Assembly (NCBI GenBank): GCA_963765495.1
Contig: CAVXWP010000006.1
Span: 213,695-277,694, forward strand
Direction of reading: 5' to 3'
Length of the DNA: 64,000 nucleotides
Origin: Blastocatellia bacterium
GTDB lineage: Bacteria > Acidobacteriota > Blastocatellia > UBA7656
Below, piece by piece: positions 22,089 to 32,563 of this stretch (positions are counted from its first letter, which is position 1; each line of letters starts with the position of its first letter). The notes beneath the pieces were generated by a model. The model made no database searches. It was not told where the DNA came from and worked only from the letters and a program-made list of their open reading frames with translations. The position numbers and the translations under genes were made by a program.

Positions 22089-23501
22089 ATGTCTACTCTC
22101 AAATATCGCTTTATCTTTTTGGCAATCTTTGCCTGTCTGATCGGCCTCTCTCTTGAGGCGCAAGGCCAGGCGCAGGAAATACGCGGCGAGGAAATACGCG
22201 GCGAGGAAATACGCGGCGAGGAAACACGCAACGTCGAAGTGCTGACGCTTGAAGAGGCGATCAGCATTGCGATGCGGGACAATCCGGGCATCAAGAACGC
22301 GGCCCTCGATATCAGCAGGTCCGAAGAAGATTTCGCGGCATCGCGGACGCGACGGCTTCCGAGCTTTAGCTTTGAAGCCATCGGTTCACAGCAGCTAACG
22401 CCTATAAGTTTCACCTTCGAGCGCGGCGTGTTCGGTGACTATCCCGGGATCGGCCCTATTCCGGGGGATACCACAAAACTGAGCACGCCTATGCAGCCGA
22501 CGGCGATCTTTACGACGCGAATAACTCAGTCGTTGTCGCAGCTCTATAGAACCAATTTGAATCTGAAACAGCTAAAGCTGAAAGGCGAGATCGCGCAGGA
22601 GGAATTGCGGGCAAAGCAGCAACAGATCGCGCGCGATGTAAAACGCGCCTACTTTGCATTGCTCCAAACTCAGAGCGCGATTGCGTCCGCTACCGAAACC
22701 ATAAGGATGTACAAGGAACTGGATCGCGTGACCGGAGATTACGTCGCTCAACAGGTCGTGCTCAGGACCGAGAGTCTTGACGTGAGGTCGCGGCTTGCCA
22801 GATCGGAATACGACATCCTGACGCTTGTCGATCAGGTCTCGATTCAGAAGCAGCAACTCAATTCGCTGCTAGGCCGCGACGTGCTCACCGAGTTTTCCGT
22901 CTCCGGTGTGCCCGATGCGGATGGCTTCGAGGCCGACCTGACCGAAGCGCGCGCACGCGCTTTAGAGCAGCGCCCGGAAATTAGAGAAGCGCGCTTGCGA
23001 GTAAAGCAGGCGGAGGGTGACCGGCGCATAAAGAAGGCCGAGTACATCCCCGACGTCAGCGCCAGTTTTCAATACATCTCGACAGCCAACTTCAACGCCT
23101 TTATTCCGAAAAACTATATGAATGTCGGCATAACGGTCTCGTGGGAAATATTCGACTGGGGCCGCAAAAAACGCGAGCTTGCCGAAAAGGATTTAGCGAC
23201 CAGCCAGGCGCGCAACGCGGTAACGGATGCCGAAAGAGCCGTTGTGATAGACGTAAATGAGAAGTTCAACAAGCTGCGACAGGCGCGGAAATTCCTGGCC
23301 GTCGTGCAGATGGATCGTGAAGCGGCGACAGAAAATGTTCGCGTACTGGCGAACCGCTACAAGGCGCAGATGTCGCTTCTTAAGGATGTTCTTCAAGCGC
23401 AGGCACAACTCGAACAGGCTAACGACCAGGGGCGGCAGGCGCTGCTGAACTTCTGGACGGCGAAGGCCGAATTCGAGAATGCCATAGGAGAGGACCAATG
23501 A
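22089..23501 (+). CDS. TolC-family outer membrane factor
   Basis: Signal peptide, LTLEEAI...NP, RPEI, WEIFDWG. Confidence 0.9.
   Translation: MSTLKYRFIFLAIFACLIGLSLEAQGQAQEIRGEEIRGEEIRGEETRNVEVLTLEEAISIAMRDNPGIKNAALDISRSEEDFAASRTRRLPSFSFEAIGSQQLTPISFTFERGVFGDYPGIGPIPGDTTKLSTPMQPTAIFTTRITQSLSQLYRTNLNLKQLKLKGEIAQEELRAKQQQIARDVKRAYFALLQTQSAIASATETIRMYKELDRVTGDYVAQQVVLRTESLDVRSRLARSEYDILTLVDQVSIQKQQLNSLLGRDVLTEFSVSGVPDADGFEADLTEARARALEQRPEIREARLRVKQAEGDRRIKKAEYIPDVSASFQYISTANFNAFIPKNYMNVGITVSWEIFDWGRKKRELAEKDLATSQARNAVTDAERAVVIDVNEKFNKLRQARKFLAVVQMDREAATENVRVLANRYKAQMSLLKDVLQAQAQLEQANDQGRQALLNFWTAKAEFENAIGEDQ
22174..22229 (+). repeat. In-frame 15-bp tandem repeat (EIRGE)x3 plus partial
   Basis: AGGAAATACGCGGCG x3 + AGGAAACACGC. 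Confidence 0.85.
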
Positions 23502-24709
23502 ATATCAAACCATCTATGATCATTTCTTTCACGCTCGCGTGCGCGCTTCTACAGGGCTGCACAAAGACCGCAAAGACCGGCGACACAGCACCCACACCAG
23601 TCAAGGTTGAATCGGTAGGGTCGTACTCGGCTCCGAACGGGGCGCGCTACTCGGCAAGCATAGTTCCCGGTTCGCAGGTAGAACTGTCGTTTAGTGTGGG
23701 GGGCTTCCTAGACAGGATTATGCAGGTGAAGGGCGTAGACGGACGTTTGCGCAACGTGCAGCAAGGCGATTCGGTAGCTCGCGGAGCGGTGCTTGCCAGA
23801 GTGCGCGCAAATGACTACGCCGTAAAAGTAGACCAGGCAAGCGGGCAGGTCGCGCAGATGCAGGCGACTCTCGCCAACATCACCCGGCAGATAGAAGAGG
23901 CGGAGATCGCAGCCGAACGGGCACGGCTCGACTTCGAACGCGCACAGGCTTTGTTTGACTCTCAGAGCATGACAAAGTCGGAATACGACGCGGCAAAATC
24001 ACAGTACGACCTGAGCAAGGCGAAGATCTCAACCGCAAAGTCTCAACTCGCGGTCGTCAAGGCTCAGATCGCTGCCGCGCAGGCCGCTCAAACCGCCGCC
24101 ACCATAACCAGAGACGACACGCTTTTGAGAGCGCCGATCAACGGGTTGCTGCTCGAACGCTCGGTCGAAGTCGGAGAGCTGATCTCACCTGGCAAGGCCG
24201 CCTTTGTGCTTGCGGATACCTCGGTCGTAAAGGCGCAGTTCGGCGTGCCCGATCTCGACGTTCAGAACCTCCAGACCGGAAGCGCATTGACCGTGGCTCT
24301 CGATGCGTTGCCGGGGAGAGAGTTCACCGGGCAGATTACATCCATTTCGCCGTCGGCGGATCAGAAGACGCGATTGTTCGAGGTGGAGGTGTCGATACCC
24401 AACCCGGATCAGTTGCTCAAGGTTGGGATGATCGCATCGCTTTCGCTTGTGTCGGCTCCGAGCGCCGAGACCGTCCCGGTGGTTCCATTGAATGCAATCG
24501 TCAGGTCAAAGGACCAGCCCGATCAATACACCCTGTTTGTGGTCGAAGATCAGGACGGAAAACCGCGCGGGCGTTTGCGAACCGTGATGCTCGGCGATGC
24601 CTTCGGCAATCGCGTAGCGGTGAAATCGGGTGTGAATGTAGGCGACCGAGTCATCACTTCCGGCAGCGCCCGTCTCGTAGACGGCGAAGCCGTACAGGTG
24701 ATTCCCTGA
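23498..24709 (+). CDS. RND periplasmic adaptor (MFP), lipoprotein
   Basis: Lipobox LQGC, LRAPING, GVNVGDRVITSG. Confidence 0.92.
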   Translation: MNIKPSMIISFTLACALLQGCTKTAKTGDTAPTPVKVESVGSYSAPNGARYSASIVPGSQVELSFSVGGFLDRIMQVKGVDGRLRNVQQGDSVARGAVLARVRANDYAVKVDQASGQVAQMQATLANITRQIEEAEIAAERARLDFERAQALFDSQSMTKSEYDAAKSQYDLSKAKISTAKSQLAVVKAQIAAAQAAQTAATITRDDTLLRAPINGLLLERSVEVGELISPGKAAFVLADTSVVKAQFGVPDLDVQNLQTGSALTVALDALPGREFTGQITSISPSADQKTRLFEVEVSIPNPDQLLKVGMIASLSLVSAPSAETVPVVPLNAIVRSKDQPDQYTLFVVEDQDGKPRGRLRTVMLGDAFGNRVAVKSGVNVGDRVITSGSARLVDGEAVQVIP

Positions 24710-24759
24710 TAACCGGCGGGGCTGTGCGGCCCCACTAGAGTGATAGCGAGGAAAGCGCG

Positions 24760-27700
24760 ATGGCACACGAAAAGACCGACAATGAAATCATAAACAAGAC
24801 CCACAATACGGCGAGGTTCTTCGTCGAGGTTCGGCAGATCTCCTGGGTATTGCTGATCGGAGCGTTGTTGTGGGGATACTTCTCATATTTCAGCATGCCG
24901 CAACGCAAGGACCCGGAGGTCGCCGTGCGGCAGGCGGTGGCCATCACCAGTTGGCCGGGCGCAAGCGCCGAAAAGGTCGAACAACTGATCACAAAGAAGG
25001 TGGAAGAACAGATGGCGGCCAATGCGCTTGTGACCAAGATCGAGTCAATCTCGCGCACAAGCGTATCGGTCGTCTACCTTGAACTTGATGAGAAGAGCGC
25101 CCAGAGCGACCGGAGCAAACAGCTTGACGATGTCGCCTTTCGCCTAAACAGCATAAACGATCTGCCGGACAGCGCGGGCCCCATAAACTTTATCCGCGAT
25201 TTTGGCGACACGGCGGCGTTGATGCTCACGATAGCGAGCCCGAAGGCCGGCGAAACCGATATCGCTCCACGCGCAAGCGCCGTTCAGAGCGCAATCGAGC
25301 GCGTCCGCGCGCAAGCGGCAGCCTCCGAGCAATCGGGCCGTTTCACAATAGTTGTGAATTTTCCTCCCTCGCTCGGCGCTCGCGTCGTCCATCCCGGGCT
25401 TGAGGCGTTTGCCGATTTCACCCGGGAAAAAGGATTCGCCCGCGACATCCGGCTGATCGAAGGCCCCGGGTTTCTGGGCCTGGACGGCGTGTCTGGTGAT
25501 GATGATGCGAAACTGCTCGGCTACATGCAGGAGTTTGTCAGCGAGCGAATGCAGTCATCGGGATTTCATCCCGACACCTGGGAACCGGCAATCATTCGTG
25601 ATCCCAAAGACACGTATGCCCGCATTGCCGCGATAGCCGGTGACAAGTACACCTATCGCGAGCTTGACCAGTTCACAGACCTTATAGCCAAGACCCTCAA
25701 GACGCTCTCCGAGGTGTCAAAGGTCGAGCGTAAGGGGCTGCTTGATGAGAAGGTCTATCTGGTCTATTCGCAGGAGCGGCTGGCCTCTTACGGTCTGACG
25801 CTTTCGCAACTGCCGGACATTCTGAAGGCTCGCAACATCACCGTACCGGGCGGGCAAATCGACGTCCAGGGCAAGAATCTGACCATCGATCCGTCGGGCG
25901 AGTTCAAGTCTGAAAAAGAGATAGGCGATGTCGTTTTGACCTTCTCGCAGTCGGGCGCGCCCGTCCATCTGCGCGACCTGTTCGACATCTCGCGCGCATA
26001 CGAAAGCCCCGCCCGCTATTTGAACTTCTACGACTGGAAAGATGAGCGGGGAGAGTGGCAACGCACCCGTGCGATCACCTTGTCGGTGCAGATGCGGTCG
26101 GGCGAGATCATCGGCGAGTTCGGCAAGTCGGTCGATAAGGCGCTTGCGGGGTTGGGTTCGCAATTACCGGAAGACCTGACTATGGCGCGGACCAGCGACC
26201 AGCCCCGGCAGGTCGAAGAGAGCGTCGATCTGTTTATGGTCAGTCTGTACGAAGCGATCATTCTTGTAGTGCTGGTCTCGCTTGTCGGCTTCTGGGAGTG
26301 GCGGTCAGCGGCGCTTATGGCGCTTGCGATTCCGATTACGCTTGCGATGACCTTTGGGATGATGCATCTGCTTCAGATCGACCTGCAACAGATATCGATT
26401 GCCACGCTGATCATCGCGCTCGGGCTGCTTGTAGACGACCCCGTAGTCGCAGGCGATTCGATCAAACGCGAGCTTTCCGCCGGGCATCCTTCGCTCGTTG
26501 CGGCATGGCTTGGACCGACAAAGCTTGCCAGCGCGATCATGTTTGCAACGATAACAAACATAGTCGCCTATCTGCCGTTTCTCACGCTGGGCGGCGATAC
26601 GGGGGCGTTCCTCTACAGCATGCCGGTCGTCATCACCTGTTCGCTGGTCGCGTCGCGGCTGGCCTCGATGACGTTTTTACCTTTGCTCGGTTACTACATG
26701 ATAAAGCCAAGGAAAGAGCCTTCAATCGAGGAGCGCCGGAAGAAAGGTTTTGCCGCGTGGTATTACCGAATAGGCACGGCGGCGATCAATCACCGCTGGA
26801 AAGTGCTCGCGGGTTCGCTTGTGTTCCTCGCGCTCGGCGTCTTCTTCATGAGCCAGCTAAAGAGTCAGTTTTTCCCAAAAGATCTCTCTTATCTGTCTTA
26901 TGTAGATGTATGGCTTCCCGAGGATGCGCCGCTTGAAGCGACAAACAAAGTAGCGGTTCATACCGAAGAAGTGATCCGCGACGTGATCAAAGAATACGGC
27001 GAGCACCACGCGGAGAAGGACGGCAAACCGCACGATCTGCTGCGATCTTTGACCACGTTTGTCGGCGGCGGCGGGCCGAGGTTCTGGTTCTCGGTTTCGC
27101 CCGAGCAGCAGCAATTAAATTACGCGCAGATCATCATCGAGCTAACCGACAAGCACGAGACCGGGCATCTGATCGGGCCGTTGCAGGAGGCGCTTTCGGC
27201 AAGGATTCCCGAGGCTCGCATAGACGTGCGCCAGCTTGAGTCGGGCAAGGCGGTCGGGCTGCCGGTATCTATTCGGATTTCCGGCGATGATATGACGACG
27301 CTCCGCGCAAAGGCGGAGCAGGTGATGGATATCTTTCGCGCTATACCTCAGGCGGCTCGACCGCGCGATGACTGGGGCGATGAGAGTTTCACGGTGAAGT
27401 TGCATACGGACTCGGATCGAGCTAACCTGACCGGCATTACGAATCTGGATGTCGCGGCGGCTTCGGCCACGGCGCTGAGCGGTTATGCGATCACAAGCCT
27501 CCGTGAAGGTGACAAGCAGATTCCGATAGTCGCGGAGTTGCGCATGGAAGAGCGCGCCCGGCTTGACGACATAAACAATCTTTACGTCTATTCATCGAGC
27601 GGAACCCAGCGCGTGCCGCTCAGACAGGTGTCATCGGTCTCCTACCAGATGCAGACGGAGAAGCTAAGACGGCGGAACCAGTTTCGCACGATCACCGTCT

Positions 27701-28398
27701 CTTGTTCGCCAATCGAAGGCGTGCTCGCAAGCGAAGTGATGGCTCAGGCAAAGCCAAAACTCGATGAGTTTGCGAAGACTCTTCCGCCCGGCTACAGGAT
27801 GGAAATAGGCGGCGAGGAAGAATCGCAGGTCGAAGGGTTCCACGATCTGGCCATCGTGCTTGGCATCTCGGTTGCGGCGATCTTTCTGACGCTGGTATTT
27901 CAGTTCCGAAGCGCCGTCAAGCCCGTGATAGTCTTTGCGGCGGTGCCTTACGGTGCGGTTGGAGCGCTGGCTGTGTTGTGGTTGATGGGCTCGCCTTTCG
28001 GCTTCATGGCCTTTCTAGGCATAGTCAGCCTGGTCGGGGTGATTGTCAGCCACATTATCGTTCTCTTCGACTTTATCGAGGAAAAGCACGCCGAAGGCGA
28101 GCCGTTGCGCGAGGCGTTGCTCGACGCCGGAATAATGCGGCTCAGACCCGTATTGATCACAGTCGGCGCGACGGTCATCGCGTTGTTCCCGCTCGCTTTG
28201 CACGGAGGCCCGCTCTGGGAACCGATGTGTTACGCGCAGATCGGAGGGCTCACCGCGGCAACATTTATCACGCTTTTGCTCGTGCCGGTGATCTATTCGA
28301 TCTTCGTGCTCGACCTGAAACTGATAAAGTGGGACAGGCACGAAGAGAAAGCATCGGGTGAGGACGGCGAGCCACTATCAGCCCGCGCCGCCGGTTGA
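24760..28398 (+). CDS. RND efflux permease (AcrB/CzcA superfamily)
   Basis: WPGASAEKVE, GLLVDD, RLRPVLIT; two TM clusters. Confidence 0.93.
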   Translation: MAHEKTDNEIINKTHNTARFFVEVRQISWVLLIGALLWGYFSYFSMPQRKDPEVAVRQAVAITSWPGASAEKVEQLITKKVEEQMAANALVTKIESISRTSVSVVYLELDEKSAQSDRSKQLDDVAFRLNSINDLPDSAGPINFIRDFGDTAALMLTIASPKAGETDIAPRASAVQSAIERVRAQAAASEQSGRFTIVVNFPPSLGARVVHPGLEAFADFTREKGFARDIRLIEGPGFLGLDGVSGDDDAKLLGYMQEFVSERMQSSGFHPDTWEPAIIRDPKDTYARIAAIAGDKYTYRELDQFTDLIAKTLKTLSEVSKVERKGLLDEKVYLVYSQERLASYGLTLSQLPDILKARNITVPGGQIDVQGKNLTIDPSGEFKSEKEIGDVVLTFSQSGAPVHLRDLFDISRAYESPARYLNFYDWKDERGEWQRTRAITLSVQMRSGEIIGEFGKSVDKALAGLGSQLPEDLTMARTSDQPRQVEESVDLFMVSLYEAIILVVLVSLVGFWEWRSAALMALAIPITLAMTFGMMHLLQIDLQQISIATLIIALGLLVDDPVVAGDSIKRELSAGHPSLVAAWLGPTKLASAIMFATITNIVAYLPFLTLGGDTGAFLYSMPVVITCSLVASRLASMTFLPLLGYYMIKPRKEPSIEERRKKGFAAWYYRIGTAAINHRWKVLAGSLVFLALGVFFMSQLKSQFFPKDLSYLSYVDVWLPEDAPLEATNKVAVHTEEVIRDVIKEYGEHHAEKDGKPHDLLRSLTTFVGGGGPRFWFSVSPEQQQLNYAQIIIELTDKHETGHLIGPLQEALSARIPEARIDVRQLESGKAVGLPVSIRISGDDMTTLRAKAEQVMDIFRAIPQAARPRDDWGDESFTVKLHTDSDRANLTGITNLDVAAASATALSGYAITSLREGDKQIPIVAELRMEERARLDDINNLYVYSSSGTQRVPLRQVSSVSYQMQTEKLRRRNQFRTITVSCSPIEGVLASEVMAQAKPKLDEFAKTLPPGYRMEIGGEEESQVEGFHDLAIVLGISVAAIFLTLVFQFRSAVKPVIVFAAVPYGAVGALAVLWLMGSPFGFMAFLGIVSLVGVIVSHIIVLFDFIEEKHAEGEPLREALLDAGIMRLRPVLITVGATVIALFPLALHGGPLWEPMCYAQIGGLTAATFITLLLVPVIYSIFVLDLKLIKWDRHEEKASGEDGEPLSARAAG

Positions 28399-28411
28399 GA
28401 GTGGGTGGGAA

Positions 28412-28472
28412 TTGAGATTTGAGATTTGAGATTTAAGGTCTCAGATTTCAAATCTCAAATCTCAGATTTCAA
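28412..28472. repeat. Inverted heptamer-repeat hairpin (TTGAGAT)n/(ATCTCAA)n
   Basis: 3 units plus inverted units at convergent RND/MFS ends; includes MFS stop. Confidence 0.72.
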
Positions 28473-29807
28473 GAGAGCGTCTCGGCGGGTATTTGCCTTT
28501 TGCTCGCGTTCGGCCTCTTCCGCCTGTTTGCGCCGAAGCCCTGCGCGACCGTCGTAGCGAATAAAGGCAGGCAGCAACAGCGCAAGCAGCCCCGAACCAA
28601 GCATGCACAATGCGCCTCCCGAGACAATCGAGGCGCGCAAACCGAACAGACTCGCCACAAGCCCTGCTTCTCCGTTTCCCAGATACGGGCCCGTCAGATA
28701 GCTGATCATCTCTATGCCTGCCAGTCGTCCGCGCAGGTGATCCGGGATGGTTTGATTCCAGATCGTCATGCGAAACAACCCGCTCACCATATCGGCCCCG
28801 CCCGCGAGCGCCAGAAAAAACAGTGCCAGCCACAGGTTGTTCATAAGTCCGAAGCAGACAATCGCCGCCCCCCAGACGGTCGCGGCAATCGTCACGGCCA
28901 GCCCGTGCTTTTGAATTCGCCCCGTCCATCCCGATGTGAGCGTCACGGCAAACGAGCCTAATGCGGGCATCGCATAAAACAATCCTACCGAGACGCCGCC
29001 AAAGCTGTCGGCCAGAACTGGAAACAGGGCTATCGGCATTCCGAAAAACATCGCGTTGATGTCAATCAGATAAGTCCCGAGCAATTCCTGGCGGCTTCGC
29101 GCATATTTCAGCCCGTCGATTATCGAGCGCACGCTGACCGGGTCGGCATCAACCGGCACGGGGATTGAGCGGATCAATAGAAGCGTGATTATCGAAACTA
29201 TGTATGTCGCCGCGTCGATTGAAAAAGCGACGGCGGCCCCGAGGCTCGCGGCGATGACTCCGGCGACCGCCGGGCCGATTATGAAGTTGAAGTTGAACCT
29301 CAAACTGCTTAGGGCCGAGACGGCGGGCAATTGCTCGGGATCGACGAGTCGCGGAGTGAGGGCTTCGAGGGCCGGGCGGTGTATCCCGTTTAGGGCGGCA
29401 AACAGGGCCGCGATCACAAAAAGCACCCACGCGTGCGGAGCGGGAAGCAGCGAATTCACGACCAGCATGCCGCAACAACCTGCAAGCCCCGCCTCCGATA
29501 AGTAGATCAAGCGCCGCCGGTCGATATAATCCGCCAGAGCGCCGCCGATAAAGGCCGCAACCAACATCGGGATGAATTCCACTACGCCAAGCAAGCCTAC
29601 ATCGAGCGTGGATTTCGTCAACTGATACATCTGCCAGGGAAGGACTACGTAGCTCAGCGCCGAGCCGAATCCTGAAACAAACTGCCCGGCATAAAGCAGC
29701 CGATAATCGCGCGAGGCTTTGAGCGGAGTCAGATCGATAGTCATGGCGCGCAAGATGGTTTGCCTGTTTTTGGTTTTTGACGGTGTGGGAGAAATCTGGT
29801 CTGTCAT
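28455..29807 (-). CDS. MFS transporter (EntS-like / H+ antiporter type)
   Basis: GALADYIDRRRL motif A, PDHLRGRL, multiple TM. Confidence 0.88.
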   Translation of the reverse strand: MTDQISPTPSKTKNRQTILRAMTIDLTPLKASRDYRLLYAGQFVSGFGSALSYVVLPWQMYQLTKSTLDVGLLGVVEFIPMLVAAFIGGALADYIDRRRLIYLSEAGLAGCCGMLVVNSLLPAPHAWVLFVIAALFAALNGIHRPALEALTPRLVDPEQLPAVSALSSLRFNFNFIIGPAVAGVIAASLGAAVAFSIDAATYIVSIITLLLIRSIPVPVDADPVSVRSIIDGLKYARSRQELLGTYLIDINAMFFGMPIALFPVLADSFGGVSVGLFYAMPALGSFAVTLTSGWTGRIQKHGLAVTIAATVWGAAIVCFGLMNNLWLALFFLALAGGADMVSGLFRMTIWNQTIPDHLRGRLAGIEMISYLTGPYLGNGEAGLVASLFGLRASIVSGGALCMLGSGLLALLLPAFIRYDGRAGLRRKQAEEAEREQKANTRRDALLKSEI

Positions 29808-29991
29808 CGCAAAGGTAAGAACTACGACCCCCTTTCAGGTGAGAATATCGCTTTTTGCTCGCTTTTGCGAGAACTAATCTGAAATCCTCTAAATCCTGTC
29901 AAAAAACCTATTTGCAACTTTCCTTCACGGTCAGCGTTTCTTGTGTTAAATTTGATATGCGCCCAATGAGCGAGAGCGGAGACCTATATTA

Positions 29992-30936
29992 GTGATTACA
30001 ACGGCCAGTAAGCTCGAACAACTCCAATCAACAATAGAGAGTGTAATTCGTGGCAAGTCGGATGTTGTAGAGCTTGCGCTTGTCACGCTGCTGGCCGGAG
30101 GCCACCTGTTGATCGAGGATGTGCCGGGCGTTGGAAAGACCACGCTTGCGCAGACGCTTGCGCGCAGTTTCGATTGCACCTTTCAGCGTATACAATTCAC
30201 ATCCGACATGCTGCCTTCCGATATCGTAGGTCTTGAGGTCTTCAATCAGCAATCGAACGAATTCGAGTTCAAGCGCGGGCCGATCTTTGCGAATGTGATT
30301 CTGGCCGACGAGATAAACCGCACCACGCCAAAGACTCAATCGGCGCTGCTTGAAGCCATGGCCGAAGGGCACATCACGGTCGAGCAGGAGACCTATCAAT
30401 TGCCGCTCCCGTTTATAGTGCTCGCCACTCAAAACCCTATCGAGCATCACGGAACCTATCCGCTCCCCGAATCGCAACTCGACCGTTTTATGATGCGGCT
30501 CAGGATGGGCTATCCCGATCAGGAGGATGAAAAAGCCATCCTGCGCCAGCAAACGCTCAACTCTCCCGTCGATCACGTCTCACCCGTAATGCACAGCGAC
30601 GAGGTGCTCGCGCTGCAAAGAGAGACGCGGGAAGTCGCCTTCGATGAGGCGCTGATCGATTACCTGATCCGCATCGTGCGCTCTACACGCGACGCAGAGA
30701 TACTCGATCTCGGCGTAAGCCCGCGCGGCAGCCTTGCGCTTTATCACGCGGCGCAGGCGCTCGCCTTTATCAAGGGACGCGATTATGTGATCCCGGACGA
30801 CATCAAACAACTGGTAGTTCCTATATTCGCCCATCGCATAGTGGTCAACTCGCGGTACTCTACCGGGTTGCGCCGCTCAGACGAGGCCGAGGCCGCCCTC
30901 CAGGAAATACTCAAAACCGTAAGCGTTCCGTTGTAG
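29992..30936 (+). CDS. MoxR-family AAA+ ATPase
   Basis: DVPGVGKT, LADEINR, ATQNP, QLDRF. Confidence 0.93.
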   Translation: MITTASKLEQLQSTIESVIRGKSDVVELALVTLLAGGHLLIEDVPGVGKTTLAQTLARSFDCTFQRIQFTSDMLPSDIVGLEVFNQQSNEFEFKRGPIFANVILADEINRTTPKTQSALLEAMAEGHITVEQETYQLPLPFIVLATQNPIEHHGTYPLPESQLDRFMMRLRMGYPDQEDEKAILRQQTLNSPVDHVSPVMHSDEVLALQRETREVAFDEALIDYLIRIVRSTRDAEILDLGVSPRGSLALYHAAQALAFIKGRDYVIPDDIKQLVVPIFAHRIVVNSRYSTGLRRSDEAEAALQEILKTVSVPL

Positions 30937-30946
30937 AGGGTAGTTT

Positions 30947-32467
30947 ATGAACCGGCAGGCCTGGCGAGATTTCTTCATCACACTCTTTTTCCTCGGCATA
31001 GCCTTTATCATAGCTCTGCTCTCTTCGATAGCGGCCGAGCAGCAACAGGGACAGATCGCGGCGCTTGCGGCGGCCATCTCGCTCGTGCTTGCGCTGCTTG
31101 GCGCGCTCTATATAATTCCGCGTCTCGCGCGCAATGTACGGCTTGAAATCCTGCGCTTCGCCGTAAGGACCACGGTGACGGTCGAAGGGTTGCTCTTTAT
31201 AGTCTTTCTGGTCGTGCTGGCTTTTTCGGCCTGGAATACGGGCAACAATCTGTTGTATCTGGTGCTTTCGGCGATGCTGGCCTTTCTCGTGACGGCAAAT
31301 CTTATCGCTCGAATATCGCTTGCGGATTTATCGGTACAGTTGCGTTTCCCCGATCATATATTCGCGGGCGAAGCCGCCGCGATCACCATCACGCTTATAA
31401 ACCACAAACGCTTCATGCCTACATACAGCATAATGCTCGAAGCCTTGTCTGATTCGGTGGAAGAAGGCGACCGGCAGAATCCCCCTTCGAGCAGTTCAAG
31501 CCGGCGTGGGCTGGGCCGATTGACTTACTTTATGCTGGCCCCCGCGAAAGCAAGCGTCCGTCAGAGGATCGAGTACACGTTCAAGCGGCGGGGGCGTTAT
31601 CCGATAACCGGCTTTCGCATCGCCACGAAATTCCCCGCCGGATTCTTTAAGAAGTGGCGCAGGATAGACGCTACGGGTGAGATACTGGTCTATCCAAAGC
31701 CAAAGCCTCTGGACGATTTCTATCACGCGCTGCCGATGCTCGTAGGCCAGATACAGAGCCACGCGCGCGGGTCGGGGGACGACCTCTACGCCATTCGCCG
31801 TTATCACCATTCGGACGACATGCGCCACATAGACTGGAAGGCAACGGCCAAATCGCTTCAGATGATGGTGCGCGAGCACATGCGCGAGGACGAATGGCGG
31901 CTCACAATCGTCTTTGATACGGCGCGACCTCCCGTCTCAAAGCAGACCTCCGCGCGCGATGAGAGGACCGCTCAACCGGGCGAAGAAGAGCAGGAACCCG
32001 TTGCCCTCAACAGTTTTGAAGAGAAATTCGAGCGGGCCGTGGTAATGGCCGCCTCCCTTGCTAATCATTTCATACTTGAGCGTTCGGATGTCGAGCTTAT
32101 AACACCGGGCGAAGACCGCAACGTCGCCTCCGGCTCAGGCTCCGATCATCTTTACCGAATACTGCGAGCGCTTGCCACGCTCCAGCCCAGACCCCAAACC
32201 GAGGAAGCCGAGGCCGAACAAACCGGGAAACGGAAGTGGAAGATTTTCAGTCGGGCGCGTCGCGGCTCCGGGGGCGAAGACGCAACCGCACAGGGCGTGG
32301 CAGAGGCGAACAAAGCGGCTGACCCAATCGCCTGGCGATTGCTGAATGATGTTCCGGTGCTTGCCGATGAGCGCCGGTTCAAGGTGCTGATAACATCGGC
32401 GGCCAAGGGCACGATTCCGGCCCACATCTGGCGCAGCGCCCACGTGGTCTTTATGGAAGACCTTTAA
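30947..32467 (+). CDS. DUF58 domain membrane protein
   Basis: RRGRY, RRYHHSDDMRHIDWKATAK. Confidence 0.88.
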   Translation: MNRQAWRDFFITLFFLGIAFIIALLSSIAAEQQQGQIAALAAAISLVLALLGALYIIPRLARNVRLEILRFAVRTTVTVEGLLFIVFLVVLAFSAWNTGNNLLYLVLSAMLAFLVTANLIARISLADLSVQLRFPDHIFAGEAAAITITLINHKRFMPTYSIMLEALSDSVEEGDRQNPPSSSSSRRGLGRLTYFMLAPAKASVRQRIEYTFKRRGRYPITGFRIATKFPAGFFKKWRRIDATGEILVYPKPKPLDDFYHALPMLVGQIQSHARGSGDDLYAIRRYHHSDDMRHIDWKATAKSLQMMVREHMREDEWRLTIVFDTARPPVSKQTSARDERTAQPGEEEQEPVALNSFEEKFERAVVMAASLANHFILERSDVELITPGEDRNVASGSGSDHLYRILRALATLQPRPQTEEAEAEQTGKRKWKIFSRARRGSGGEDATAQGVAEANKAADPIAWRLLNDVPVLADERRFKVLITSAAKGTIPAHIWRSAHVVFMEDL

Positions 32468-32471
32468 CCGA

Positions 32472-32563
32472 ATTTTGGATTTTAGATTTTGGATTTTGGA
32501 TTCAGTAGACCCGAAAATCTACAACCAAAATCTAAAATCCAAAATCCAAAATCCAAAATCTAA
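32472..32563. repeat. Inverted heptamer-repeat hairpin (ATTTTRG)n/(AAAATCY)n
   Basis: ~4 units plus 5 inverted units ending at the next ATG. Confidence 0.8.
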
